Shown here: one piece after another, positions 15,087 through 25,094 of the stretch | How positions within the stretch are numbered: position 1 is the first letter of the stretch | How the letters are laid out: each line of letters starts with the position of its first letter | Source of the DNA: Escherichia coli | Lineage (GTDB): Bacteria > Pseudomonadota > Gammaproteobacteria > Enterobacterales > Enterobacteriaceae | NCBI RefSeq assembly: GCF_003018255.1 | Contig: NZ_CP027440.1 | Length of the DNA stretch: 64,000 nucleotides | Direction: 5' to 3' (one strand) | Position numbers and translations under genes: made by a program | The notes under the pieces: generated by a model | Told to the model about the DNA's origin: nothing | What the model saw: only the letters and a program-made list of their open reading frames with translations | Databases searched by the model: none

Positions 15087-16520
15087 ATGAAGCAAGGTTT
15101 GCAACTCAGGCTTAGCCAACAACTGGCGATGACGCCACAGCTCCAACAGGCAATTCGTCTGTTGCAGTTGTCGACGCTGGAACTTCAGCAGGAGCTACAG
15201 CAGGCGCTGGAGAGTAATCCGCTGCTTGAGCAAATCGACACTCATGAAGAAATCGACACCCGCGAAACGCAAGACAGTGAAACACTGGACACCGCCGACG
15301 CGCTCGAACAAAAAGAGATGCCGGAAGAGCTGCCGCTCGATGCCAGTTGGGACACCATTTACACCGCTGGTACACCATCCGGCACCAGCGGTGACTACAT
15401 TGACGACGAGCTGCCGGTCTATCAGGGCGAAACGACGCAGACCTTGCAGGATTACCTGATGTGGCAGGTCGAGCTGACACCGTTTTCCGACACTGACCGC
15501 GCTATTGCTACCTCTATCGTCGATGCCGTTGATGACACCGGTTATCTGACTGTCCCGCTGGAAGATATTCTCGAAAGTATGGGCGATGAAGAGATTGACA
15601 TCGACGAAGTTGAAGCCGTCCTTAAGCGGATCCAACGGTTTGATCCGGTCGGTGTGGCGGCAAAAGATCTGCGTGACTGTCTGCTGATCCAACTCTCCCA
15701 ATTCGATAAAACCACGCCATGGCTGGAAGAGGCCAGACTGATCATTAGCGATCATCTCGATCTGTTAGCCAATCACGACTTCCGCACTTTAATGCGCGTC
15801 ACGCGGCTGAAAGAAGATGTGCTGAAAGAAGCCGTCAATCTGATCCAGTCGCTCGATCCGCGCCCCGGGCAGTCGATCCAGACGGGCGAACCTGAGTATG
15901 TCATTCCAGATGTGCTGGTGCGTAAGCATAACGGTCACTGGACGGTAGAACTCAACAGTGACAGCATTCCGCGTCTGCAAATCAACCAGCACTACGCCTC
16001 GATGTGCAATAACGCGCGCAACGATGGTGACAGCCAGTTTATCCGCAGCAATCTGCAGGATGCCAAATGGTTGATCAAGAGCCTGGAAAGCCGTAACGAT
16101 ACGCTACTGCGCGTGAGTCGCTGTATCGTTGAACAGCAGCAAGCCTTCTTTGAGCAAGGCGAAGAATATATGAAACCGATGGTACTGGCCGATATCGCCC
16201 AGGCTGTCGAAATGCATGAATCGACGATATCTCGCGTGACCACGCAAAAATACCTGCATAGTCCACGAGGCATTTTTGAACTGAAGTATTTCTTTTCCAG
16301 TCACGTCAATACCGAGGGCGGCGGCGAAGCTTCCTCCACGGCGATTCGTGCGCTGGTGAAGAAATTAATCGCGGCGGAAAACCCAGCGAAACCGTTGAGC
16401 GACAGCAAGTTAACCTCTTTGCTGTCGGAACAAGGTATCATGGTGGCACGCCGCACTGTTGCGAAGTACCGAGAGTCTTTATCCATTCCGCCGTCAAACC
16501 AGCGTAAACAGCTCGTTTGA
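15087..16520 (+). CDS. rpoN: RNA polymerase sigma-54 factor
   Basis: The 477 aa ORF has a Gln/Leu-rich region I ([33 protein letters not shown]), an acidic region II, and the RpoN box ARRTVAKYR. Confidence 0.99.
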   Translation: MKQGLQLRLSQQLAMTPQLQQAIRLLQLSTLELQQELQQALESNPLLEQIDTHEEIDTRETQDSETLDTADALEQKEMPEELPLDASWDTIYTAGTPSGTSGDYIDDELPVYQGETTQTLQDYLMWQVELTPFSDTDRAIATSIVDAVDDTGYLTVPLEDILESMGDEEIDIDEVEAVLKRIQRFDPVGVAAKDLRDCLLIQLSQFDKTTPWLEEARLIISDHLDLLANHDFRTLMRVTRLKEDVLKEAVNLIQSLDPRPGQSIQTGEPEYVIPDVLVRKHNGHWTVELNSDSIPRLQINQHYASMCNNARNDGDSQFIRSNLQDAKWLIKSLESRNDTLLRVSRCIVEQQQAFFEQGEEYMKPMVLADIAQAVEMHESTISRVTTQKYLHSPRGIFELKYFFSSHVNTEGGGEASSTAIRALVKKLIAAENPAKPLSDSKLTSLLSEQGIMVARRTVAKYRESLSIPPSNQRKQLV

Positions 16521-16542
16521 CCCAACCGATAAGGAAGACACT

Positions 16543-16830
16543 ATGCAGCTCAACATTACCGGAAATAACGTCGAGATCACCGAGGCACTGCGCGAATTTG
16601 TTACAGCCAAATTTGCCAAACTTGAGCAATATTTTGACCGAATCAACCAGGTCTATGTTGTTCTGAAAGTGGAGAAAGTCACCCACACCTCAGATGCAAC
16701 ACTGCATGTAAACGGTGGTGAAATTCATGCCAGCGCGGAAGGTCAGGACATGTACGCTGCCATTGATGGCTTAATTGATAAGCTGGCACGCCAGTTGACC
16801 AAACATAAAGATAAACTGAAACAACACTAA
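16543..16830 (+). CDS. hpf: Ribosome hibernation promoting factor
   Basis: The canonical 95 aa form is MQLNITGNNVEITEALREFV..KLKQH. The ORF-track start (16459) lies inside rpoN and was rejected. Confidence 0.96.
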   Translation: MQLNITGNNVEITEALREFVTAKFAKLEQYFDRINQVYVVLKVEKVTHTSDATLHVNGGEIHASAEGQDMYAAIDGLIDKLARQLTKHKDKLKQH

Positions 16831-16947
16831 TTGTCCGGGCAATTAGCATGTGCATGGCGGCCTGTTGTGCGGCACAACGGGCCATTTGTACGGTTAATGC
16901 TCCGAGCCTGTTCCACTGTTTGAGTGGGCAGGTTCTTAGGTGAAATT

Positions 16948-17439
16948 ATGACAAATAATGATACAACTCTACAGCTTAGCAGTGTTCTTAACAGGGAATG
17001 TACGCGAAGCCGCGTCCACTGTCAGAGCAAAAAACGCGCCCTGGAAATCATCAGCGAGCTGGCGGCGAAACAACTTAGTCTGCCGCCTCAGGTGGTTTTT
17101 GAAGCTATCCTGACGCGGGAAAAAATGGGCAGTACCGGTATCGGCAATGGTATTGCCATTCCGCATGGCAAACTGGAAGAAGATACTCTGCGCGCCGTTG
17201 GCGTTTTCGTTCAGCTCGAAACGCCTATAGCTTTCGATGCCATTGACAACCAACCGGTAGATTTACTATTTGCCCTGCTGGTGCCGGCAGACCAAACTAA
17301 AACGCACCTGCATACTCTGTCACTGGTGGCGAAACGTCTGGCGGACAAAACCATCTGCCGCCGTTTACGCGCAGCCCAGAGCGATGAAGAGCTGTATCAA
17401 ATCATTACGGATACCGAAGGTACTCCGGATGAAGCGTAG
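16948..17439 (+). CDS. ptsN: Nitrogen-PTS enzyme IIA-Ntr
   Basis: The canonical 163 aa form starts at MTNNDTTLQLSSVL. The phosphorylatable His lies in the context GIGNGIAIPHGK. Confidence 0.96.
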   Translation: MTNNDTTLQLSSVLNRECTRSRVHCQSKKRALEIISELAAKQLSLPPQVVFEAILTREKMGSTGIGNGIAIPHGKLEEDTLRAVGVFVQLETPIAFDAIDNQPVDLLFALLVPADQTKTHLHTLSLVAKRLADKTICRRLRAAQSDEELYQIITDTEGTPDEA

Positions 17440-17484
17440 TTATTCGGTAATGTCTCTTTTAGACGTTGTGAGGAGAAACAGTAC

Positions 17485-18339
17485 ATGGTACTGATGATCG
17501 TCAGCGGACGTTCAGGTTCAGGTAAATCTGTCGCCCTGCGTGCGCTGGAAGATATGGGTTTTTACTGCGTGGATAACCTTCCCGTAGTGTTGTTACCCGA
17601 TCTGGCTCGAACCCTGGCCGATCGCGAGATTTCTGCCGCCGTCAGCATTGATGTTCGTAATATGCCGGAGTCACCAGAAATATTCGAACAGGCGATGAGT
17701 AACCTGCCTGACGCTTTCTCACCGCAACTACTGTTCCTGGATGCCGACCGTAATACCTTAATTCGTCGTTACAGTGACACGCGCCGACTGCATCCGCTTT
17801 CCAGCAAAAACCTGTCGCTGGAAAGTGCTATCGACAAAGAAAGCGATTTGCTGGAGCCTCTGCGTTCGCGAGCGGATCTGATTGTCGACACCTCAGAAAT
17901 GTCCGTTCACGAGCTGGCTGAAATGCTGCGTACCCGTCTGCTGGGTAAACGTGAACGCGAACTGACCATGGTCTTTGAGTCTTTCGGCTTCAAACACGGT
18001 ATCCCTATCGATGCAGATTACGTCTTTGACGTGCGCTTCTTGCCGAACCCGCACTGGGATCCGAAACTGCGTCCAATGACAGGTCTTGATAAACCTGTCG
18101 CCGCGTTCCTCGACCGCCACACAGAAGTACACAATTTTATCTACCAGACGCGAAGCTATCTTGAGCTATGGTTACCTATGCTGGAAACCAACAACCGTAG
18201 CTACCTGACGGTCGCCATTGGTTGTACCGGCGGGAAGCACCGTTCGGTGTATATTGCAGAGCAACTGGCAGACTACTTCCGCTCGCGCGGTAAAAACGTC
18301 CAGTCACGCCATCGTACGCTGGAAAAACGTAAACCATGA
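17485..18339 (+). CDS. rapZ: RNase adapter protein RapZ (YhbJ)
   Basis: The 284 aa ORF has the P-loop GRSGSGKS and is recognised as RapZ. Confidence 0.97.
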
Positions 18340-18608
18340 CCGTCAAGCAAACTGTTGAAATCACAAACAAGCTGGGCATGCATGCCCGGCCTGCAATGAA
18401 GCTGTTTGAATTAATGCAAGGTTTTGACGCAGAAGTGCTGTTACGTAATGACGAAGGTACCGAGGCCGAAGCCAACAGCGTTATTGCACTGCTGATGCTG
18501 GATTCTGCCAAAGGACGGCAGATTGAAGTTGAAGCGACCGGTCCACAGGAAGAGGAAGCACTGGCCGCCGTTATCGCCCTCTTTAATTCTGGTTTTGATG
18601 AAGATTAA
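18336..18608 (+). CDS. npr: Nitrogen-PTS phosphocarrier protein NPr
   Basis: The 90 aa HPr-like ORF contains [14 protein letters not shown] overlaps the rapZ stop. Confidence 0.96.
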
Positions 18609-18754
18609 TCTTCATCACTTTGACATTCAAATCCCTTCAAGCTCCCCCCGACAATAAGAAAATCACGTACTGAAATCGTTCTCAATCAACGTCATTTGTA
18701 CATTTTGTGCGCTTTTCACTTTCAGAAGAACCTTAAGAAAACCTTAAGAAGCAT

Positions 18755-18771
18755 TGTTTAGGTTTCGTTTA
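18755..18771 (+). promoter_or_regulatory. PhoP box upstream of yrbL
   Basis: TGTTTA-ggttt-CGTTTA is a direct hexamer repeat with a 5-nt spacer (consensus (T/G)GTTTA-N5-(T/G)GTTTA). It ends 11 nt upstream of a CATACT -10-like hexamer (18783-18788). yrbL is a known PhoP-activated gene. Confidence 0.7.
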
Positions 18772-18821
18772 AGTTAATCGACCATACTGGAGATCGTCAG
18801 AAAATATTTCCAGGAGATGGC

Positions 18822-19454
18822 ATGATTCGCTTATCTGAACAAAGTCCCCTGGGCACCGGAAGACATCGGAAATGTTATGCGCATCCGGAAGATGCCCAAC
18901 GCTGTATCAAGATTGTCTACCATCGTGGCGATGGTGGCGATAAAGAGATCCGCCGTGAGTTAAAGTACTACGCGCATCTTGGTCGCCGGTTAAAAGACTG
19001 GAGTGGAATACCGCGCTATCACGGTACCGTTGAGACGGATTGCGGAACCGGTTATGTCTACGATGTGATTGCAGATTTTGACGGCAAACCCTCCATTACG
19101 CTGACCGAATTTGCTGAACAATGCCGTTACGAAGAAGACATTGCACAACTGCGCCAGCTACTGAAACAGCTGAAGCGTTATTTGCAGGATAACCGTATCG
19201 TGACGATGTCGCTGAAGCCGCAGAATATCCTCTGTCACCGCATCAGTGAGTCAGAGGTTATCCCCGTCGTCTGCGACAACATTGGTGAAAGCACATTGAT
19301 TCCACTGGCGACCTGGTCGAAGTGGTGTTGTCTGCGTAAGCAAGAGCGGTTATGGAAACGATTTATCGCCCAACCGGCGCTGGCTATTGCCCTGCAGAAA
19401 GATCTGCAACCTCGTGAGAGCAAAACGCTGGCCCTCACTTCGCGCGAAGCTTAA
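18822..19454 (+). CDS. yrbL: PhoP-regulated protein YrbL (protein-kinase-like fold family)
   Basis: The 210 aa ORF is recognised as YrbL. GGAG lies 7 nt upstream of the ATG. Confidence 0.93.
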   Translation: MIRLSEQSPLGTGRHRKCYAHPEDAQRCIKIVYHRGDGGDKEIRRELKYYAHLGRRLKDWSGIPRYHGTVETDCGTGYVYDVIADFDGKPSITLTEFAEQCRYEEDIAQLRQLLKQLKRYLQDNRIVTMSLKPQNILCHRISESEVIPVVCDNIGESTLIPLATWSKWCCLRKQERLWKRFIAQPALAIALQKDLQPRESKTLALTSREA

Positions 19455-20179
19455 TCCAGCTGGTGCTGTTGCATAAACGACTCACCGCCTAACTGATACA
19501 TCTGCCGTAAAATCCACGCCTGACGGCTACGCACGTAGCCCGATGGCGCGGAGACTTTGAAACGAAGTGGATTAGGTAATACAGCAGCCAGTAATGCAGC
19601 TTCCGAGCGGGTAAGTTTGCTCGCGGGTTTGTGGAAATAACGTTGTGCCGCAGCTTCGACGCCAAACACACCGTCGCCAAATTCGGCGATATTCAGGTAA
19701 ACCGTCAGGATACGCTTTTTGCTCCAGACAGTTTCTATCCCCAGCGTTAATCCAGCTTCCAGCCCTTTTCGAACCCAGCTACGCCCATCCCATAAAAAGA
19801 GATTTTTGGCTGTCTGCTGAGAAATCGTTGACGCACCGCGAATACGGTTTTCATTGCGCTCGTTGTGGGCCAGGGCTTGCTCAATGGAGGCGACATCAAA
19901 GCCCCAGTGCTCAGGAAACTTCTGATCTTCTGCGGCAATCACCGCCAGTCCCATCCACGGCGAAATTTGATCCATACTGACCCAGTCAGAATGTGCCACG
20001 TAACGAAAATTGCCATGCAGCCAGGCGCTGACTTGTCGCTCGGCCATTACCGCTGAGAAAGGAACAGGCGCAACGCTAAACAACGCGATGCCCCCGCCCC
20101 AGAAAACGGCGAGGACAACCATTAACCGCAGAAGAAAACGGCGAACGAAACTAAACACCGTTAAGCGGCTTTTACTCAT
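19451..20179 (-). CDS. mtgA: Monofunctional peptidoglycan glycosyltransferase
   Basis: The 242 aa ORF has GT51 motifs ([23 protein letters not shown]) and is recognised as MtgA. Confidence 0.97.
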   Translation of the reverse strand: MSKSRLTVFSFVRRFLLRLMVVLAVFWGGGIALFSVAPVPFSAVMAERQVSAWLHGNFRYVAHSDWVSMDQISPWMGLAVIAAEDQKFPEHWGFDVASIEQALAHNERNENRIRGASTISQQTAKNLFLWDGRSWVRKGLEAGLTLGIETVWSKKRILTVYLNIAEFGDGVFGVEAAAQRYFHKPASKLTRSEAALLAAVLPNPLRFKVSAPSGYVRSRQAWILRQMYQLGGESFMQQHQLD

Positions 20180-20829
20180 TCAGCCAGAACCAGCACGCGG
20201 GAAACCAGCTTATCAATGCCGCTCGCCGCTTCTGCAATGTTCTGCGCCAGCATATATGCCGGGGTGGTGACAATCTTATTGTCTTCATCAACCACGATAT
20301 CATCGACAGGACATGGCACATGCTCCGCGCCCATCTCTTCCAGCACTTCTGCGGTATCGATATCAGTACCGATGGTCAAACGCAGCGGGAAATCGAAAAT
20401 TTTCGGCAGCATCGCCGGGGCAATACACATAAAACCAAGCGGTTTTCCGGCCTGATGCATCGCTTGTGCCAGCGCCTTTAATTCACGGTCAACGGTGCAT
20501 TCGCTACCAAGACTGGCAAAATTGCTTAAATTCTTCGCCGCGCCAAAACCCCCCGGCACAATCAACGCATCCAGTTCAGCGGCATCGGCCTGGGCCAGAG
20601 GACGGATTTCACCGCGCGTTATTCGTGCCGCTTCAATCAGCACATTGCGCGTTTCCGTCATCGCTTCGCCCGTTAAATGGTTGATAACATCAACCTGCTG
20701 CTTATCCGGTGCAAAGCAGACCGCCTGCGCACCGCTGCGTGAAATAGCTAACAACGTCAACACCGCTTCATGAATTTCAGAACCGTCATAGACGCCGCAT
20801 CCGCTCAGAATTACGCCAATTTTCTTCAT
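20176..20829 (-). CDS. elbB: DJ-1/PfpI-family glyoxalase ElbB
   Basis: The canonical 217 aa form starts at [21 protein letters not shown]. The ORF track offers a start 3 codons upstream. Confidence 0.94.
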   Translation of the reverse strand: MKKIGVILSGCGVYDGSEIHEAVLTLLAISRSGAQAVCFAPDKQQVDVINHLTGEAMTETRNVLIEAARITRGEIRPLAQADAAELDALIVPGGFGAAKNLSNFASLGSECTVDRELKALAQAMHQAGKPLGFMCIAPAMLPKIFDFPLRLTIGTDIDTAEVLEEMGAEHVPCPVDDIVVDEDNKIVTTPAYMLAQNIAEAASGIDKLVSRVLVLAE

Positions 20830-20946
20830 TGTGATCATCCTTTCGCAATTGACTGAAACACATTAATTTTTTTAATAAAAATGCTACGCATCACACATTT
20901 AACTGATTCATGTAACAAATCATTTAAGTTTTGCTATCTTAACTGC

Positions 20947-21067
20947 GTGCGGCCTGAAAAACAGTGCTGTGCCCTTGTAACTCATCATAATAATTTACGG
21001 CGCAGCCAAGATTTCCCTGGTGTTGGCGCAGTATTCGCGCACCCCGGTCTAGCCGGGGTCATTTTTT
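20947..21067 (+). ncRNA. arcZ: Hfq-binding sRNA ArcZ (SraH/RyhA)
   Basis: The 121 nt sequence GTGCGGCCTGAAAAACAGTGCTGTGCCCTTGTAACTC...GCGCACCCCGGTCTAGCCGGGGTCATTTTTT matches the ArcZ sequence as I remember it. It ends in a terminator hairpin (CCCCGG-tcta-CCGGGG) plus T6. It lies between elbB and arcB, convergent with arcB. Confidence 0.92.
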
Positions 21068-23395
21068 AGTGGCTTTTGCCACCCACGCTTTCAGCACTTC
21101 TACGTCGTGACGCCACTCTTCTTTCATCTCTTCAATCCATTCACCGACGTTATCTTCCCAGGCAGGAAGGTCAGGAGACTGAATTTGCTGACCCAGCTGT
21201 TGCAGATGGCGTAACCCCACTGACCCCGCCGCACCTTTAATTTTATGTCCTTCCTCAACAATGCCTTTTTTATCCTGCGCCGTCAGATTCGACTCCAGCA
21301 CGCTGACATAGCCCGGCATCATCTTCTCAAACACCGCTAACCCGTCGGTGATCAGCTTCGGTCCTACAAGTGCGAGATACTGTTCCAGCATGGGAATATC
21401 GAGCAATGCTTCTGATTTACTGTTCTCTTCTGTCGTCACCGTACTCTCCTCATCATCCTGGGTATCCCAGAATTTCTTGATCATCGCGGTTAGCGCCGGA
21501 ACCGAAAGCGGCTTACTCAGCACATCATCCATTCCAGCATTGAGGTACTCTTGTTTGTCTTTCAGCACGTTAGCGGTTAAGGCCACCAGCGGCGGTAAAT
21601 CCTCGCGCGGATAACGCTTCGTCAGTTCACGAGAGATATCCAGCCCGGTCATATCTGGCAACTGAATATCCAGCAACACCAGGTCGTATTCGCCCGGTTT
21701 AAACATCTCCAGCGCCGCCTTGCCGGTCATGGCGACATCAACGCTGTTACCTAATTTTTCCAGCACAGAACGCGCAACAATCACGTTCAGTTCAATGTCT
21801 TCCACCAGCAGCACATTCAGCGCCGGTAAAGGCATATCGTCTTCATCAAACGCATCATCGACCTCTTCTGCTACCGACGGTGCGTGGATCGTCAACGTAA
21901 AGGTTGAACCTTTGCCCTGTTCGCTGGTAACCGTAATATCGCCGCCCATATTTTTCGCCAGACGACGAGAAACGGCCAGACCAATACCGGTGCCGGTGGC
22001 AGGTTTACCGCCATGACTGTCTTTCACCTGGTAATACATGGCGAAAATTTTATCCAGCTCATCCTGCGGAATGCCGATACCAGAGTCTTCCACTTCAAAA
22101 TGCAGCATATCGCCTTCATCGTAGCGCACGCGCACGGTAACCTGGCCTTGCTGGGTGAATTTGACGGCGTTACTGATGAGATTCCACAGGATCTGCCGTA
22201 AACGCGTCCCGTCGGTAATGACCTGATGCGGTAATGGCAGCGTAGGCTCCAGGTTAAAGCGCAATCCTTTTTGTTGCGCCTGCAATGCGGAAAGATTTTC
22301 CAGATCGGCAAGGAAGCTGGTGAAATCAACCGGCTGATTATCAAGCTGGACCTTACGCCGTTCCATCTTATCCATGTCGATAATATCGTTGAAGATATTC
22401 CCGAGCGTGACGGCCGAAACATGGATGGTTTTGAGATATTTTTCCTGCTCGGCGGTGAGTTCGGTATCCAGCAGAATGCGGCTCAGGCCGACGATACCAT
22501 TCAGCGGTGTACGCAATTCGTGACTGATGGTGGAGATAAACGTCGTTTTGTCGCGGCTGGCCCGTTCAAGCGCATCCTGATACCGCTTACGCTCGGTAAT
22601 GTCGCGACCAAAGCCCATCAAACCGTGACGTTTACCCACGCGGTCGTAGTACGGCACTTTACGGATTTCAAAGCAGGCTTTGCGTCCGTCGGGATAATCC
22701 AGCCACTGCTCATAGGTCAGTGACACATTATGACGGAACACTTTTTCATCGGTTTCAATGACTTTCGCAGCGGCTTCCGGTGAGTAAACATCAGCAGGTT
22801 TCAGATGAACCAGTTGTTTTTCGCTTTTTCCGGTCAGCAGCTCCATCGCGCGGTTACAGCCGGAAAACTCTTTATCTTCGTTACGATAAAAAACCAGGTC
22901 GGGTGAAGCGTCAAGGAAGGAACGTAAGAATGAGGATTGCTGCTCGAGCTGAATTTGTGTCTCTTCGCGCTCTTTGATTTCAATTTTCAGTTGGCCGAAG
23001 GTTTCCTGCAGTTCTGCTTCCGCTTTTTCACGAACGGCGATTTCCTGATTTAGCTGGGCAATATTATCTTTTAACTGAACGTTGAGGCTCAAATCGCGCT
23101 CGCGCATCTCCTCCAGTTTTTGCACCAGTCGTGACAGACGTTGTCGTGACTCCTCCAGTTGCTCGACGACCACCGATAGAAAGTAGACCGCCCACGGCGT
23201 AATCAGCAAACCAAAGAAGATAGAACGAATAACATCAATGCTTTCGACCTGACCATGCAGCACCATGGTTACCGCCATTTGTACCACAATGGCAAGAACG
23301 ACGAGGGCCAGCGCCAGTAACATTGAGAAGCGCACCAGACCTAACTTCATCATCAGGTCAACATAATACTGCGCCAGCAGACGAATTTGCTTCAT
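21059..23395 (-). CDS. arcB: Aerobic respiration control tripartite sensor kinase ArcB
   Basis: The 778 aa ORF has two TM segments, a PAS domain, the H-box STISHELRTPLNG, an HATPase domain, a receiver (LVLLDIQLPDMTG) and a C-terminal HPt (HKIKGAAGSVG). Confidence 0.99.
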   Translation of the reverse strand: MKQIRLLAQYYVDLMMKLGLVRFSMLLALALVVLAIVVQMAVTMVLHGQVESIDVIRSIFFGLLITPWAVYFLSVVVEQLEESRQRLSRLVQKLEEMRERDLSLNVQLKDNIAQLNQEIAVREKAEAELQETFGQLKIEIKEREETQIQLEQQSSFLRSFLDASPDLVFYRNEDKEFSGCNRAMELLTGKSEKQLVHLKPADVYSPEAAAKVIETDEKVFRHNVSLTYEQWLDYPDGRKACFEIRKVPYYDRVGKRHGLMGFGRDITERKRYQDALERASRDKTTFISTISHELRTPLNGIVGLSRILLDTELTAEQEKYLKTIHVSAVTLGNIFNDIIDMDKMERRKVQLDNQPVDFTSFLADLENLSALQAQQKGLRFNLEPTLPLPHQVITDGTRLRQILWNLISNAVKFTQQGQVTVRVRYDEGDMLHFEVEDSGIGIPQDELDKIFAMYYQVKDSHGGKPATGTGIGLAVSRRLAKNMGGDITVTSEQGKGSTFTLTIHAPSVAEEVDDAFDEDDMPLPALNVLLVEDIELNVIVARSVLEKLGNSVDVAMTGKAALEMFKPGEYDLVLLDIQLPDMTGLDISRELTKRYPREDLPPLVALTANVLKDKQEYLNAGMDDVLSKPLSVPALTAMIKKFWDTQDDEESTVTTEENSKSEALLDIPMLEQYLALVGPKLITDGLAVFEKMMPGYVSVLESNLTAQDKKGIVEEGHKIKGAAGSVGLRHLQQLGQQIQSPDLPAWEDNVGEWIEEMKEEWRHDVEVLKAWVAKATKK

Positions 23396-23490
23396 TAGGG
23401 AATTCCTTCACGACAACCTGCCCCAATAATACCCAATTCTGACAGTTACGTTATAAATTGTGTGAGAAATGCGGAATTCCCCTCAATGGC

Positions 23491-24420
23491 CTACGCCGTT
23501 GGAGGTAGCCACGGACGTCCCAGCGCCGATCCCTGTACGCCATGTTCATTCAGATAACGATCCAGCTCGACCATTCCCGTCCATCGATTTTCGCACCACA
23601 GCGGAGCAAGCAGCGTCGGGCGACGGGCGCTGGCGGAAATGCGGTGGTAGATCACTTCCGGTGGCGTATGGCGAATCATTTCTCCGGCAGTGAGCGTGTA
23701 ATCCTCCAGTTCAATTCCGTTCAAACGCCCCGCTTCCCAGGCTTTCGCCATAATACTGCCTTTCACAATATGCAGCGGATGCAGCTTTATGCCGTCCACG
23801 CCGGTTTCAACCACTCGCTCCAGCGTTTGCAAACATTCCGTCTGCCCTTCGCCAGGCAGGCCGACAATTAAGTGGGAACACACCTTCAGCCCGCGCTGAC
23901 GTGCCAGCTGGGTTGTACGCTGATAACAGGCAAAATCATGGCCGCGGTTGATGCGATGCAGCGTTTTGTCGTGGGCGGTTTGTAGCCCCAGCTCCAGCCA
24001 CACTTCGTAACCCTGGTCCTTATATTCGCAAAGCAGATCCAGCACCGCATCCGGCACGCAGTCCGGGCGGGTACCAACACACAAACCGACAATATTGGCC
24101 TGGCTCACCGCCTGCTGATACATAGAACGCAGCACCTGAACTTCCGCAAAGGTGCTGGTATACGCCTGAAAGTAGGCCAGATAGCGTTTAGCGCGGTTAA
24201 CTAAATTCGCCTGGTGCGCCAGTTGCTCGGCAATGGAACGATGCTGCTGCGCTTCATCGGCAAACGAGGCCACATTACAGAATGTGCAGCCACCACGCCC
24301 GATGGTACCGTCACGGTTAGGGCAGCTAAAACCGCCGTGCAGCGTCAGCTTATGCACCTTTTGCCCATAACGACGGGTGAGATCACCACCAAACATATTG
24401 ACTAATTTCTGTAACTGCAT
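23491..24420 (-). CDS. yhcC: Radical SAM protein YhcC
   Basis: The canonical 309 aa form starts at MQLQKLVNMFGG and carries a Cys cluster (GFSCPNRDGTIGRGGCTFCN). The ORF-track start 11 codons upstream was not used. Confidence 0.93.
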   Translation of the reverse strand: MQLQKLVNMFGGDLTRRYGQKVHKLTLHGGFSCPNRDGTIGRGGCTFCNVASFADEAQQHRSIAEQLAHQANLVNRAKRYLAYFQAYTSTFAEVQVLRSMYQQAVSQANIVGLCVGTRPDCVPDAVLDLLCEYKDQGYEVWLELGLQTAHDKTLHRINRGHDFACYQRTTQLARQRGLKVCSHLIVGLPGEGQTECLQTLERVVETGVDGIKLHPLHIVKGSIMAKAWEAGRLNGIELEDYTLTAGEMIRHTPPEVIYHRISASARRPTLLAPLWCENRWTGMVELDRYLNEHGVQGSALGRPWLPPTA

Positions 24421-24845
24421 AATCTGATAGACCGCGCCTTGAAAAGAGGCCAAAGCCTGCCATTTTTAGCCCAATTCGGCGATGACCTGGATCAATCGTC
24501 CCGGCCTGCTTTTATCAACTGCATAATCAATCAAAATTACCGAAATTTCATGCACAATCACATAAATCACTTTTGCTTATCTTGTGTCAGATTTTTTTAT
24601 CTCCTTATGGATTTTAGGCAAAAACAGTAGCATGAAACGTTATTACCAATTAAGGCAGTATAAAATGCTGGTTTTCTCGTCAGTTCAAGGCAGGATAAGG
24701 GTTAACACGCCTTTATGACAGTCAGGAATTGGCTGTTTCTCTAACGACGCCCCTTTTAGCCTTAAATAGAAAATCCACTTTAATTTCAGCCAATTAATAA
24801 AGAATTTTGCGCTAAAGCACATTTCTGTACCAATAAGCTTGCCAT

Positions 24846-24874
24846 TTGACCTGTATCAGCTTTCCCGATAAGTT
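24846..24874 (+). promoter_or_regulatory. Candidate sigma70 promoter of gltBD
   Basis: The site reads TTGACC, a 17-nt spacer, then TAAGTT, about 220 nt upstream of the gltB start. This is a pattern match only; the TSS was not verified. Confidence 0.35.
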
Positions 24875-25094
24875 GGAAATCCGCTGGAAGCTTTCTGGAT
24901 GAGCAGCCTGCTCATCATATTTATGCAGTAATTGAGATCCCCTCTTCACCGTATTAACCGATGCGAAAAGGACAACAAGGGGGCGAATGCGAGGCGCGCG
25001 TATGACACGCAAACCCCGTCGCCACGCTCTTTCTGTGCCCGTGCGCAGCGGTTCGGAAGTGGGGTTCCCGCAGAGCCTGGGGGAGGTTCACGAT

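Noticed and set aside
16784-16799. A sigma-54-like element, TGGCACgccagTTGAC, near the 3' end of hpf and upstream of ptsN. It is tempting because rpoN is adjacent.
   Set aside because: The -12 element lacks the essential GC dinucleotide (TTGAC instead of TTGCA/T). The site is inside a coding region, and no activator-site context is visible.
19451-19454. Convergent yrbL and mtgA share a 4-bp TTAA that contains both stop codons.
   Set aside because: This is real, but it is a trivial consequence of compact convergent genes. Nothing suggests a function beyond possible transcriptional interference.
20881-21069. A 62-aa plus-strand ORF between elbB and arcB.
   Set aside because: The region is the arcZ sRNA gene and its promoter. 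The ORF runs through the ArcZ terminator and has no SD.
23397-23481. Two GGAATTCC palindromes (AGGGAATTCC and GGAATTCCC) about 70 bp apart, bracketing the arcB-yhcC spacer.
   Set aside because: These are short 8-9 bp matches, each self-palindromic (EcoRI-containing), and are expected by chance. They show no extended pairing and no resemblance to known IS or MITE ends.
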